Positions 12,282 through 24,265 of a DNA stretch of 64,000 nucleotides are shown one piece after another. The first letter of the stretch is position 1, and each line of letters begins with the position of its first letter. The DNA lies in the NCBI GenBank assembly GCA_032718475.1, contig JAUCBJ010009095.1, positions 1-64,000 of the forward strand, given 5' to 3'. The notes beneath the pieces are model-generated. The model saw only the letters and a program-made list of their open reading frames with translations, was not told the origin of the DNA and made no database searches. Source of the DNA: Nemertoderma westbladi. Its lineage: Eukaryota; Animalia; Xenacoelomorpha. The position numbers and the translations under genes are program-made.

Positions 12282-12666
12282 TTAAGCAACACGGTCCCTA
12301 CTTCGCCCTGTCGACACCCCAGCCATTTTTCACCAATCCTTTTTTAGAGTTTTTTTAATTTTTTTGGTATTGGTGAAAGTTCTACAGCATTAGTAGATAT
12401 GTGTTTTATGATAGCTAGTGTTTTTTTGCTAGCTAGTATTTTTTGAAATTATAAAAAATGTGAAAGTCCATGATATTTCAGGTTAAACTGTTGAAGAATA
12501 TATTAATGACCAAAATAATTTCCAAAAATTACTAGCTAGTAAAAAATACTAGCTATATACAATTGAAAATCTACTAAGGTTCTAGAATATTCACTAATAT
12601 AAAAAAAGCACTCAAAATCACAAAAAATAAAGGTTAAAAAACTCATTCGGGACCCCTTTTGCTTAA
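12282..12666. mobile_element. Palindromic MITE flanked by TTAA
   Basis: TTAA-gcaacacggtccc ... gggaccccttttgc-TTAA; long internal inverted arms (tagctagtgtttttttgctagctagta / tactagctagtaaaaaatactagcta). Confidence 0.65.
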
Positions 12667-13459
12667 GGAGTCAAAATTGTAGAACAAATTCCCGAAGTCT
12701 GCGACGTTTGCGAAATTCGCGAAGAATCCGTCAGTTTCTGTGCCCTAATGGTTTCGTGACGAAACAATCAAATCTTACACACTTAACACACACGAACTAA
12801 TTTAATGTGTGTATTAGTATGCATGAATCATTAAATATAAATTAAATTAATGAACGCTATTTCAACATGAAATCTACGGAATCAATACACAACACACGCA
12901 CACTACTGAATTTAAAAAATTATATAGATTGCAACTTATATTTGGCTACCTTTTAGGCCTAATGGGTGACTAATTTAATTATTCACCCCTATATATTTGT
13001 AGCCTTTTTAATTTGTGCCTCTAATTGAGTCAAACATTAAACTAAAATATATGTCACAATATTGGTCTGTCGGTAGCTGGTCAATGAATCTCTCATAAAT
13101 TTGTTAATTAGTCGCTGCTCAGTCATTGAACCTTTGAACACGTGCTGCTCGAAGACCCCACAACGTGTCATTTACTGCACACAGTGCACAGTGCACAGAC
13201 ATAGTGTAAATTTAAATTGGCCGCTATAATCACCACCTTAAAAAAGCACTGCTATGATAATCGTAATTGACCAATCAATGACAACAGGTGTCTAAGAACC
13301 ACACCAAATACCAGTATCACTGAGCACTGTACCAGTACCAGTACCTCATTCTCAACTAAATACATTTCAGCATTAGGCTACTAAACTGTTCAACAGTTTC
13401 AGAGGTTACCAGTACAGGAGTCAGGGAGTAGGCCTGCTGAAATATTTACAATTAACAAA

Positions 13460-13521
13460 ATGGGCTTTCAAAACATTTGGCACAGTCATCCTAAGAAATA
13501 TGGGCAAGGAGCGAGACGTTG
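13460..13521 (+). CDS. RPS29: 40S ribosomal protein S29 (uS14), exon 1
   Basis: MGFQNIWHSHPKKYGQGARR(C), then TG|gtaagt; 62-nt coding exon with a phase-2 intron inside the first zinc-ligand Cys codon. Confidence 0.97.
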
Positions 13522-13804
13522 GTAAGTAGCCCAATTAAACTAAACTAATACCGGTACTGTAAGCCCTAATTATTACTGAATAGGCCTACTGCAACTGCAA
13601 TAGGTACAGCAATCAATACCTGACAGCCCAGCAGCCTGACGCTGACAGCATGATGACTGCCCACTGCTGAATTTCAGACTGAATAGGCTAGTTTATACTG
13701 GCTGACCGGCAGATCCTGAGATCAGCAGATCGTTATCTGGTCATCTCATACCAGCATACTGTCATAGGGCATAGCCTAGCGCTGTCAGGCTGTGTAGCGG
13801 CATA

Positions 13805-14224
13805 CAGTTAGGAACACTGGTCACTTTCTGGCTGAAGCTCAGCCAAAAATTGTCCACATATTTACAGCCAGAAAGTGTCCGTGCAGCCACTATTTGTCCT
13901 TCACAGGCTGCGATTATATTTCCGGACATATTTTGGCTGTAACTCCACTAGTACCCAAAGCAGAAGCTGGGCACATTTTTATTTTTAATATTATGATAGT
14001 TAGGCCTATCCCAACGATGAGATTCTAATTCTCAAATTAATTTATACAGAATTTTATGGCGATTCTAATGGCATAATTTTTAGAATGCCAATGTTAAAAT
14101 TTCACTGCCGGTTTTCAAATGAAATTTAGCATTGTTTTCTATGGAGAAATTTCACTCTGAGAGCGTTTTCCGCGGACACATTCTGGCTGTAAATTGGACA
14201 TATTGTGACCAGTGTTCCTGACTG
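13805..14224. mobile_element. 420-bp MITE with 20-bp TIRs and 5-bp TSD in the RPS29 intron
   Basis: TIRs cagttaggaacactggtcac / gtgaccagtgttcctgactg; GCATA duplicated at 13800-13804 and 14225-14229. Confidence 0.85.
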
Positions 14225-14420
14225 GCATAGGGAGGTAGGGTAGGCCTACCGGTACCGGTACCGTACCGGCAGACCGGTACGCTGCAGCGCTGACCACGAC
14301 GTCTTTTGTATTCTTTTGTACTATTTTGTATTTTTTTGTAGGGCCTACTTTTTTGTACAAATTCGTCGTACCCGCCTACAGCTGTACAGTGAGGCCTACT
14401 TACTAGGTCTACAGTACTAC

Positions 14421-15669
14421 CATGGTGTAGGCTACTAAATAACAGGTCCCATGCAGCGAGTGGATTGCTGAAATTACTGAATTCAGAATTAGCGGTCTCT
14501 TCCCTATTTATGGCACTATTTTCATAATATTTCCTTAGAAACTTCTTTTATGCTACTTTTGTTAGTGTTAGGTTGATATAATGACTAGGGTCCAACGGTC
14601 CATCAGTCCATAGAGATGTAATAAAATGTCTTTCTGGAAGTTTTATCTTATAGTCAGATAGTTGCCAAGGTAACCGGGTGCAAATTTCAAACTTTGCGCA
14701 CCTGTCAGCCTGTATTTCAAGGCGACAATGGATTCTTCTTTCCTTGAGATTTGGTAAGTGATTAAAGGAAATAAAAGACTATCAAAATATTTTACATTTG
14801 AATTTGTTTACATTCCCGTTGCCATGGAAATAAGTATAATGCTGTAATGAAAAATTTGAAAAATTGTCTGCCAATTCTATAAAACACCATTTTTATTCCA
14901 CTGTATTCGGTTTGTCAGTCTAAATAATAAGTTAAAATTGCCAACATCTTATTTTATAATTCGTCAATTGTGAATCATATTTCTAAGAGATGAAGAGTCT
15001 AAAAGTCAATATTTGCCAATAAACAGATAAACTAAACTGCCCAATCGGTGAGCAAGACCCGTGATAGCATGATTTCAGGATTTTGACATTCCAGAATATT
15101 TAATTTCGGTTAGCAATTATTAGAAATAAAGGACAGCCACCAGGCAGCCAGGCGCAGACATGTTTGTTGAAAATTATATAAGTCATTAAGTAGTAAATAG
15201 TAACCCAATTTCTATCTGGCGGTCATAATGCGAAATTCTCGTAATTCCCCGTCACCATGGAAACGGGATTGAAAACACATTTATGTGTAAAATATTTTGA
15301 TAGGCCTAGACTTTTATTCCCTTTACTCATATATATAGGCCTACCAAATCTCAAGAACAGAATCCTTTGTCGTCTTGAATTACAGGCGCTCGAAATTTGA
15401 ACTTTTGCACCCGGTTACCGTAGCAACTACCAGACTACAAGATAAAAATTCCACAAAGACATATTATTACATTGCTTTGCTGCTTTGAGACTGTGAGAGT
15501 ATGAATCCTAGTCATCCTCATCATATCCACCTAACCAAATTAGCACATAAGAAGTTTCTAAGGAAATATTATAAAAAAAAAGTGCCATAAACTGATAAAT
15601 ATGGAAAGATCGGCCCACGCTAATTTCAGCAATCCGCTCGCTGCTTGACCTGTTATTTAGTACACCTTG
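14421..15669. mobile_element. ~1.25-kb foldback MITE, copy 1
   Basis: Inverted arms of ~400 bp (tactaaataacaggtc...ggattgctgaaatta / taatttcagcaatcc...gacctgttatttagta); colinear with the copy at 21964-23264. Confidence 0.9.
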
Positions 15670-15828
15670 GTTACTCTTACTACCACAGCTAGACTATGAT
15701 AAGCGGACAATTGCAATTCAATCAATTAATTAAATCAATCTACGGGATAATGCAGAGTAAGATCACGATCACGACACGACCCGTGCAGCTGTGCAGTAGA
15801 CAGGTCACCTAGTGTCAGACAATCTGAT

Positions 15829-16563
15829 AGTACCGGTAGTACCGGTGACTAAATCTGACAGTACCGGTAATACCGGTGACTAATAATCTGACAGTACCCC
15901 GGTACCGGTAGTACCGGTGACTAATAATCTGACAGTACCGGTAGTACCGCAGTACCGGTGACTAATAATCTGACAGTACCCCGGTAGTACCGGTGACTAA
16001 ATCTGACAGTACCGGTAGTACTGGTGACTAATAATCTGACAGTATCGGTAGTACCGGTGACTAAATCTGACAGTACCGGTAGTACTGGTGACTAATAATC
16101 TGACAGTACCAGGGTAGTACCGGTGACTAATAATCTGACATAACCCCGATACTACCGTTGACTAATAATCTGACAGTACCGGTAGTACCGGTGACTAAAT
16201 CTGACAGTACCGGTAGTACCGGTGACTAAATCTGACAGTACCGGCAGTACTGGTGACTAATAATCTGACAGTACCAGGGTAGTACCGGTGACTAATAATC
16301 TGACAGTACTGGTACCCCGGTAGTACCGGTGACTAATAATCTGACAGTACCGGTACCCCGGTAGTACTGGTGACTAATAATCTGACAGTACCCCGGTATT
16401 ACCGGTGACTAAATCTGACAGTACCAGCAGTACTGGTGACTAATAATCTGTCAGTACCCCGGTAGTACCGGTGACTAAATCTGACAGTACCGGTAGTACT
16501 GGTGACTAATAATCTGACAGTACCCGGCTAGTACCGGTGACTAAATCTGACACAGTGCCGGTA
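15829..16563. repeat. 30-33-bp TACCGGTA-rich minisatellite ending ~45 bp before the RPS29 exon 2 acceptor
   Basis: Unit taccggtagtaccggtgacta(ata)atctgacag, ~22 copies. Confidence 0.9.
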
Positions 16564-16609
16564 TAATATTTATATATAATACGCCGGTATTATTTTTGTT
16601 TACTTTTAG

Positions 16610-16718
16610 TCGAGTTTGCAGCAACAGACACGGTTTGATCCGAAAGTATTGTCTGAACATGTGTCGGCAGTGTTTCAGGGAGAACGCTAGTCAGATCGGG
16701 TTTAAGAAGGTCGATTAA
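16610..16718 (+). CDS. RPS29: 40S ribosomal protein S29, exon 2
   Basis: ttttag|T CGA...; (C)[35 protein letters not shown]; spliced CDS is 171 nt (56 aa). Confidence 0.97.
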
Positions 16719-16919
16719 TAATCTCAGGATCAAAAGAATTCCGTGTCTTCAGTTCCAGACAGTCGCTTCAGCGTTATGGGCGATTAGAACTCCTATGTCA
16801 CCCATTTATATTACTTGGTTGCTAAGATACTAGTTGTGGCAATACATGTGAAATAATGTTATTTTCATATTTTGTATTATATATTAAATGGTATATGTTT
16901 CGATTTAATATATTATATA

Positions 16920-16925
16920 AATAAA
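16920..16925 (+). terminator. Probable RPS29 polyadenylation signal
   Basis: AATAAA ~200 nt after the stop codon, followed by T/GT-rich sequence. Confidence 0.55.
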
Positions 16926-16970
16926 CGTTTAGTTTGTATCTTTACAACCTATGTGGCCTCCAATCTCCAA

Positions 16971-19900
16971 TATTTTATTGGCTCACACAGCCCCACGGTG
17001 ACATAAACCCAAGGTTATTTTATTGGCTCACACAGCCACACGGTAACATAAACCCAAGGTTATTTTATTGGCTCACACACAGCCACACGGTGACATAAAC
17101 CCAAGGTTATTTTATTGGCTCACACATAGCCACACGGTGACATAAACCCAAGGTTATTTTATTGGCTCACACACAGCCACACGGTGACATAAACCCAAGG
17201 TTATTTTATTGGCTCACACATAGCCACACGGTGACATAAACCCAAAGTTATTTTATTGGTTCACACAGCCACACGGTAACATAAACCCAAGGTTATTTTA
17301 TTGGCTCACACAGCCCCACGGTGACATAAACCCAAGGTTATTTTATTGGCTCACACAGCCACACGGTGACATAAACCCAAGGTTATTTTATTGGCTCACA
17401 CAGCCACACGGTGACATAAACCCAAGGTTATTTTATTGGCTCACACAGCCCCACGGTGACATAAAGCCAAGGTTATTTTATTGGCTCACACAGCCACACG
17501 GTGACTAAACACAAAGTTATTTTATTGGCTCACACAGCCACACGGTGACATAAACCCAAAGTTATTTTATTGGCTCACACAGCCACACGGTAACATAAAC
17601 CCAAGGTTATTTTATTGGCTCACACAGCCCCACGGTGACATAAACCCAAGGTTATTTTATTGGCTCACACAGCCACACGGTGACATAAACCCAAGGTTAT
17701 TTTATTGGCTCACAGCCACACGGTGACATAAACCCAAGGTTATTTTATTGGCTCACACAGCCACACGGTGACATAAACCCAAGGTTATTTTATTGGCTCA
17801 CACAGCCACACGGTGACATAAACCCAAGGTTATTTTATTGGCTCACACAGCCACACGGTGACATAAACCCAAGGTTATTTTATTGGCTCACACAGCCACA
17901 CGGTGACATAAACCCAAGGTTATTTTATTGGCTCACACAGCCACACGGTGACATAAACCCAAGGTTATTTTATTGGCTCACACCGCCACACGGTGACATA
18001 AACCCAATGTTATTTTATTGGCTCACACAGCCACACGGTGACATAAACCCAAGGTTATTTTATTGGCTCACACAGCCACACGGTGACATAAACCCAAGGT
18101 TATTTTATTGGCTCACACAGCCACACGGTGACATAAACCCAAAGTTATTTTATTGGCTCACACAGCCACACGGTGACATAAACCCAAGGTTATTTTATTG
18201 GCTCACACAGCCCCACGGTGACATAAACCCAAGGTTATTTTATTGGCTCACACAGCCACACAGTGACATAAACCCAAGGTTATTTTATTGGCTCACAGCC
18301 ACACGGTGACATAAACCCAAGGATATTTTATTGGCTCATACAGCCACACGGTGACATAAACCCAAGGTTATTTTATTGGCTCACACAGCCCCACGGTGAC
18401 ATAAACCCAAGGTTATTTTATTGGCTCACACAGCCCCACGGTGACATAAACCCAAGGTTATTTTATTGGCTCACACAGCCACACGGTGACATAAACCCAA
18501 AGTTATTTTATTGGTTCACACAGCCACACGGTGACATAAACCCAAGGTTATTTTATTGGCTCACACAGCCACACGGTGACATAAACCCAAGGTTATTTTA
18601 TTGGCTCACACAGCCACACGGTGACATAAACCCAAGGTTATTTTATTGGCTAACACAGCCACACGGTGACATAAACCCAAGATTATTTTATTGGCTCACA
18701 CATAGCCACACGGTGACATAAACCAAAGGTTATTTTATTGGCTCACAGCCACACGGTGACATAAACCCAAGGTTATTTTATTGGCTCACACAGCCCCACG
18801 GTGACATAAACCCAAGGTTATTTTATTGGCTCACACAGCCACACGGTGACATAAACCCAAGGTTATTTTATTGGCTCACACAGCCACACGGTGACATAAA
18901 CCCAATGTTATTTTATTGGCTCACACAGCCACACGGTGACATAAACCCAAGGTTATTTTATTGGCTCACACATAGCCACACGGTGACATAAACCCAAGGT
19001 TATTTTATTGGCTCACACAGCCCCACGGTGACATAAACCCAAGGTTATTTTATTGGCTCACACAGCCACACGGTAACATAAACCCAAGGTTATTTTATTG
19101 GCTCACACAGCCCCACGGTGACATAAACCCAAGGTTATTTTATTGGCTCACACAGCCACACGGTGACATAAACCCAAAGTTATTTTATTGGTTCACACAG
19201 CCACACGGTGACATAAACCCAAGGTTATTTTATTGGCTCACACAGCCACACGGTGACATAAACCCAAGGTTATTTTATTGGCTCACACAGCCACACGGTG
19301 ACATAAACCCAAGGTTATTTTATTGGCTAACACAGCCACACGGTGACATAAACCCAAGGTTATTTTATTGGCTCACACAGCCACACGGTGACATAAACCC
19401 AAGGTTATTTTATTGGCTCACACAGCCACACGGTGACATAAACCCAAGGTTATTTTATTGGCTCACACCGCCACACGGTGACATAAACCCAATGTTATTT
19501 TATTGGCTCACACAGCCACACGGTGACATAAACCCAAGGTTATTTTATTGGCTCACACAGCCACACGGTGACATAAACCCAAGGTTATTTTATTGGCTCA
19601 CACAGCCACACGGTGACATAAACCCAAGGTTATTTTATTGGCTCACACAGCCACACGGTGACATAAACCCAAGGTTATTTTATTGGCTAACACAGCCACA
19701 CGGTGACATAAACCCAAGGTTATTTTATTGGCTCACACAGCCACACGGTGACATAAACCCAAGGTTATTTTATTGGCTCACACAGCCACACGGTGACATA
19801 AACCCAAGGTTATTTTATTGGCTCACACCGCCACACGGTGACATAAACCCAATGTTATTTTATTGGCTCACACAGCCACACGGTGACATAAACCCAAGGT

Positions 19901-21969
19901 TATTTTATTGGCTCACACAGCCACACGGTGACATAAACCCAAGGTTATTTTATTGGCTCACACAGCCACACGGTGACATAAACCCAAGGTTATTTTATTG
20001 GCTCACACAGCCACACGGTGACATAAACCCAAGGTTATTTTATTGGCTCACACAGCCCCACGGTGACATAAACCCAAGGTTATTTTATTGGCTCACACAG
20101 CCACACGGTGACATAAACCCAAGGTTATTTTATTGGCTCACACAGCCACACGGTGACATAAACCCAAGGTTATTTTATTGGCTCACACAGCCACACGGTG
20201 ACATAAACCCAAGGTTATTTTATTGGTCACACCGCCACACGGTGACATAAACCCAAGGTTATTTTATTGGCTCACACAGCCCCACGGTGACATAAACCCA
20301 AGGTTATTTTATTGGCTCACACAGCCCCACGGTGACATAAACCCAAGGTTATTTTATTGGCTCACACAGCCACACGGTGACATAAACCCAAGGTTATTTT
20401 ATTGGCTCACACAGCCACACGGTGACATAAACCCAATGTTATTTTATTGGCTCACACAGCCACACGGTGACATAAACCCAAGGTTATTTTATTGGCTCAC
20501 ACAGCCACACGGTGACATAAACCCAAGGTTATTTTATTGGCTCACACAGCCACACGGTGACATAAACCCAAGGTTATTTTATTGGCTCACACAGCCACAC
20601 GGTGACATAAACCCAAGGTTATTTTATTGGCTCACACAGCCACACGGTGACATAAACCCAAGGTTATTTTATTGGCTCACACAGCCACGCGGTGACATAA
20701 ACCCAAGGTTATTTTATTGGCTCACACAGCCACACGGTGACATAAACCCAAGGTTATTTTATTGGCTCACACAGCCACACGGTAACATAAACCCAAGGTT
20801 ATTTTATTGGCTCATACAGCCACACGGTGACATAAACCCAAGGTTATTTTATTGGCTCACACAGCCCCACGGTGACATAAACCCAAGGTTATTTTATTGG
20901 CTCACACAGCCACACGGTGACATAAACCCAAGGTTATTTTATTGGCTCACACAGCCACACGGTGACATAAACCCAAGGTTATTTTATTGGCTCATACAGC
21001 CACACGGTGACATAAACCCAAGGTTATTTTATTGGCTCACACAGCCACACGGTGACATAAACCCAAGGTTATTTTATTGGCTAACACAGCCACACGGTGA
21101 CATAAACCCAAGGTTATTTTATTGGCTCACACAGCCACACGGTGACATAAACCCAAGGTTATTTTATTGGCTCACACAGCCCCACGGTGACATAAACCCA
21201 AGGTTATCTTATTGGCTCACACAGCCACACGGTGACATAAACCCAAGGTTATTTTATTGGCTCACACAGCCACACGGTGACATAAACCCAAGGTTATTTT
21301 ATTGGCTCATACAGCCACACGGTGACATAAACCCAAGGTTATTTTATTGGCTCACACAGCCCCACGGTGACATAAACCCAAGGTTATTTTATTGGCTCAC
21401 ACAGCCACACGGTGACATAAACCCAAGGTTATTTTATTGGCTCATACAGCCACACGGTGACATAAACCCAAGGTTATTTTATTGGCTCACACAGCCCCAC
21501 GGTGACATAAACCCAAGGTTATTTTATTGGCTCACACAGCCACACGGTGACATAAACCCAAGGTTATTTTATTGGCTCACACAGCCACACGGTGACATAA
21601 ACCCAAGGTTATTTTATTGGCTCACACAGCCCCACGGTGACATAAACCCAAGGTTATCTTATTGGCTCACACAGCCACACGGTGACATAAACCCAAGGTT
21701 ATTTTATTGGCTCACACAGCCACACGGTGACATAAACCCAAGGTTATTTTATTGGCTCATACAGCCACACGGTGACATAAACCCAAGGTTATTTTATTGG
21801 CTCATACAGCCACACGGTGACATAAACCCAAGGTTATTTTATTGGCTCACACCGCCACACGGTGACATAAACCCAAGGTTATTTTATTGGCTCATACAGC
21901 CACACGGTGACATAAACCCAAGGTTATTTTATTGGCTCACACCGCCACACGGTGACATAAACCCAAGGT
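16971..21969. repeat. 45-bp satellite (~111 units, 5 kb)
   Basis: Unit tattttattggctcacacagccacacggtgacataaacccaaggt; +/-2-bp CA slippage variants and occasional TAA variants break the frame. Confidence 0.97.
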
Positions 21970-23264
21970 GTACTAAATACCAGGTAATGCAGCGTGCGGA
22001 TTGCTGAAATTAGTGTGGGCTGATCGTTTCCCTATTTATGACACTATTCTTATAATATTTCCTTAGAAACTTATTTTATGCTACTTTGGTTAGGTGGATA
22101 TGATGACTAGGGTTCATAGAAATGTAATAAAATGTCTTTCTGGAATTTTTATCTTGTAGTTGCCAAGGTAACCGGGTGCAAAGTTCAAACTTTGCGCGCC
22201 TGTATTTCAAGGCGACAATGGATTCTTCTTTCCTTGAGATTTGGTAAGTGATTAAAGGAAATAAAAGTCTATCAAAATAGTTTACATTTTAATTTGTTTA
22301 CTTTTAATCTGTTTAATTTATTTGAAAAATTGTCTACCAATTCTATAAAACACCATTTTTATTCGGTTTGTCAGTCTTAATATTAAGGGCCATTGTAATT
22401 CGTCAATTGTGAATCATATTTCTAAGAGTCAATATTTGCCAATAAACTAAACTGTCCAATCAGAGAGCAAAATTAGATAGCATGATATTGACATTCCAGA
22501 ATATTAAATTTCGGTTAGCAATTATTAGAAATAAAGGACAGCGACCAGGCATGTGGTATAGTATCAACTAACTCATATAACATATAATGTACTTGTACAA
22601 TGTAGGCCCTATTAATTACATAATAACCGCAATAATCCCCACTCCTCATTAGTCCCACTATCACTGGGATATTGCCAACTCTTCCTAATGATTCGTTTCA
22701 TATGGACCATCAGGTCAAACAGTAATTATTATATTATGAGTTATCTGGTGGTGGTGTCACGTTTAACATCGTATAATATATTTGTCATTTTGTTGAGATA
22801 AAAATAATGTTTAAGATTAAAACAATAAACTACGTATTATAACCAAACTATACTAGCATGTTTGTTGAAAATTATATAAGTAGTAAATAGTAGCCTAATT
22901 TCTACTGTATATGGCGGTCATAATGGGAAATAATTATCGTAATTCCCGTCACCATGGAAACGGGATTGAAAATAAATTTAAATGTAAAATATTTTGATAG
23001 ACTTTTATTCCCTTTACTCATATACCAAATCTCAAGAACAGAATCCTTTGTCGTCTTCAATTACAGTCGCTCGAAATTTGAACTTTTGCACCCGGTTACC
23101 TTGGCAACTACAAGATAAAAATATATATATAACATGTAATATCATATCCACCTAACCAAAGTTGCATAAGAGAGGTTTCTAAGGAAATATTATGAAAATA
23201 GAGCCATAAATAGGGAAAAGATCGGCCCACGCTAATTTCAGCAATCCGCTCGCTGCATTACCTG
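21964..23264. mobile_element. Foldback MITE, copy 2 (hAT-like, apparent 8-bp TSD CATAAACC)
   Basis: Homologous to 14421-15669; begins CAAGG and ends CCTG; CATAAACC at 21956-21963 and 23265-23272. Confidence 0.85.
22554..22855 (+). mobile_element. Probable solo LTR (302 bp) nested in MITE copy 2
   Basis: Absent from copy 1; ends TGGTATAGT...ACTATACTA; GCATG duplicated at 22549-22553 and 22856-22860; AATAAA ~30 bp from the 3' end. Confidence 0.65.
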
Positions 23265-23960
23265 CATAAACCGGTTGTGGTTAACAATAATTACATAATA
23301 AGTAAGTAAATAGGCCCAGTCGGGTCTCTCTGTCTCTGTTTAATGCAGTTTTGTATTTATAACTATAAGAATACTGGAAATATGGAGTTAATTAATAATT
23401 TTATTAATAGCACAGCATGAATGACCGCAAATACCAAATATTATGTGTTAAGTTGATTTAAGAACTTAATTTAATTTTATACATTAAGGGAAAGGAACAG
23501 GTTACAGTGACTGTATTTTCTAACCAAAACAATAAACGAAAGTTAATTTAACTCAGGGTCAATTTACCATGGAGATAACTTTTTTAAATAGCGGTCAATG
23601 TGGGCCACTATCTGGTAAGTCTCCAGACTTTGTGCGAAATCCACGGCCTAAAACGGCCGAGAAAGCTTTACTTTTTTATATTAATAGTTTAAAACATTTT
23701 CTAAAAGGGCCGATTAATTATTAACGTTGTTACATTTATTTGAGAACAAACTGATTACGGATTATCATTGGATATTATGTTTCCTATGTAACGGATTATT
23801 AAGACGGATTCGCTTAGAGGTTCAATTCGTGCTGCAGTAATAATAATTACTTGTGCCGTGATTAATAGTTTAGCTGAGAGTTGTTTACGAGTTTCCACGG
23901 CTAATTCAATTCAATAGAATTACTTGCAGAGATATTGTATTTATTGGAATAAGGTCTGGT

Positions 23961-24265
23961 CTAGGCGAACTCAATGCCAGTAGCCGAGGTACCGAACCCG
24001 GGATTCGTGGCCCCACTCCGTCTCGATTTCGCGTAAGAAACCGCCAACCTCTTGCTCTCCCGTCGTTCCCCCTGTTTCTGGGCGTATCGGGCCAGACAGT
24101 ATAGACCCAGAACGATAAACACGAGGATGCTGACTACAACCAATGCCATGGCAACGATGATTAGGACCTGTATATGGGACCACAGAGGTCCGCTCTCGGT
24201 GTCCCCTATTGTTGGTTGTCTGTAGTCTGCCACACACTCACCGGCATTCCCAGAAACATCCACTC
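23961..24265 (-). CDS. VWA7-like membrane protein, terminal exon (TM helix and cytoplasmic tail)
   Basis: gttagcag|GA, phase 1; (G)VDVSGNAGEC...IQVLIIVAMALVVVSILVFIVLGLYCL-ARYAQKQ...NPGF...GIEFA*; joins in frame to exon 60947-61034. Confidence 0.88.

Noticed and set aside
14413-15677. 8-bp TSD for MITE copy 1
   Set aside because: Flanks agtactac and gttactct match at only 4 of 8 positions
18007-22007. LFYWLTQPHGDINPR repeat ORFs (up to 594 aa)
   Set aside because: 45-bp satellite with frameshift and stop variants; its origin is explained by the TE junction
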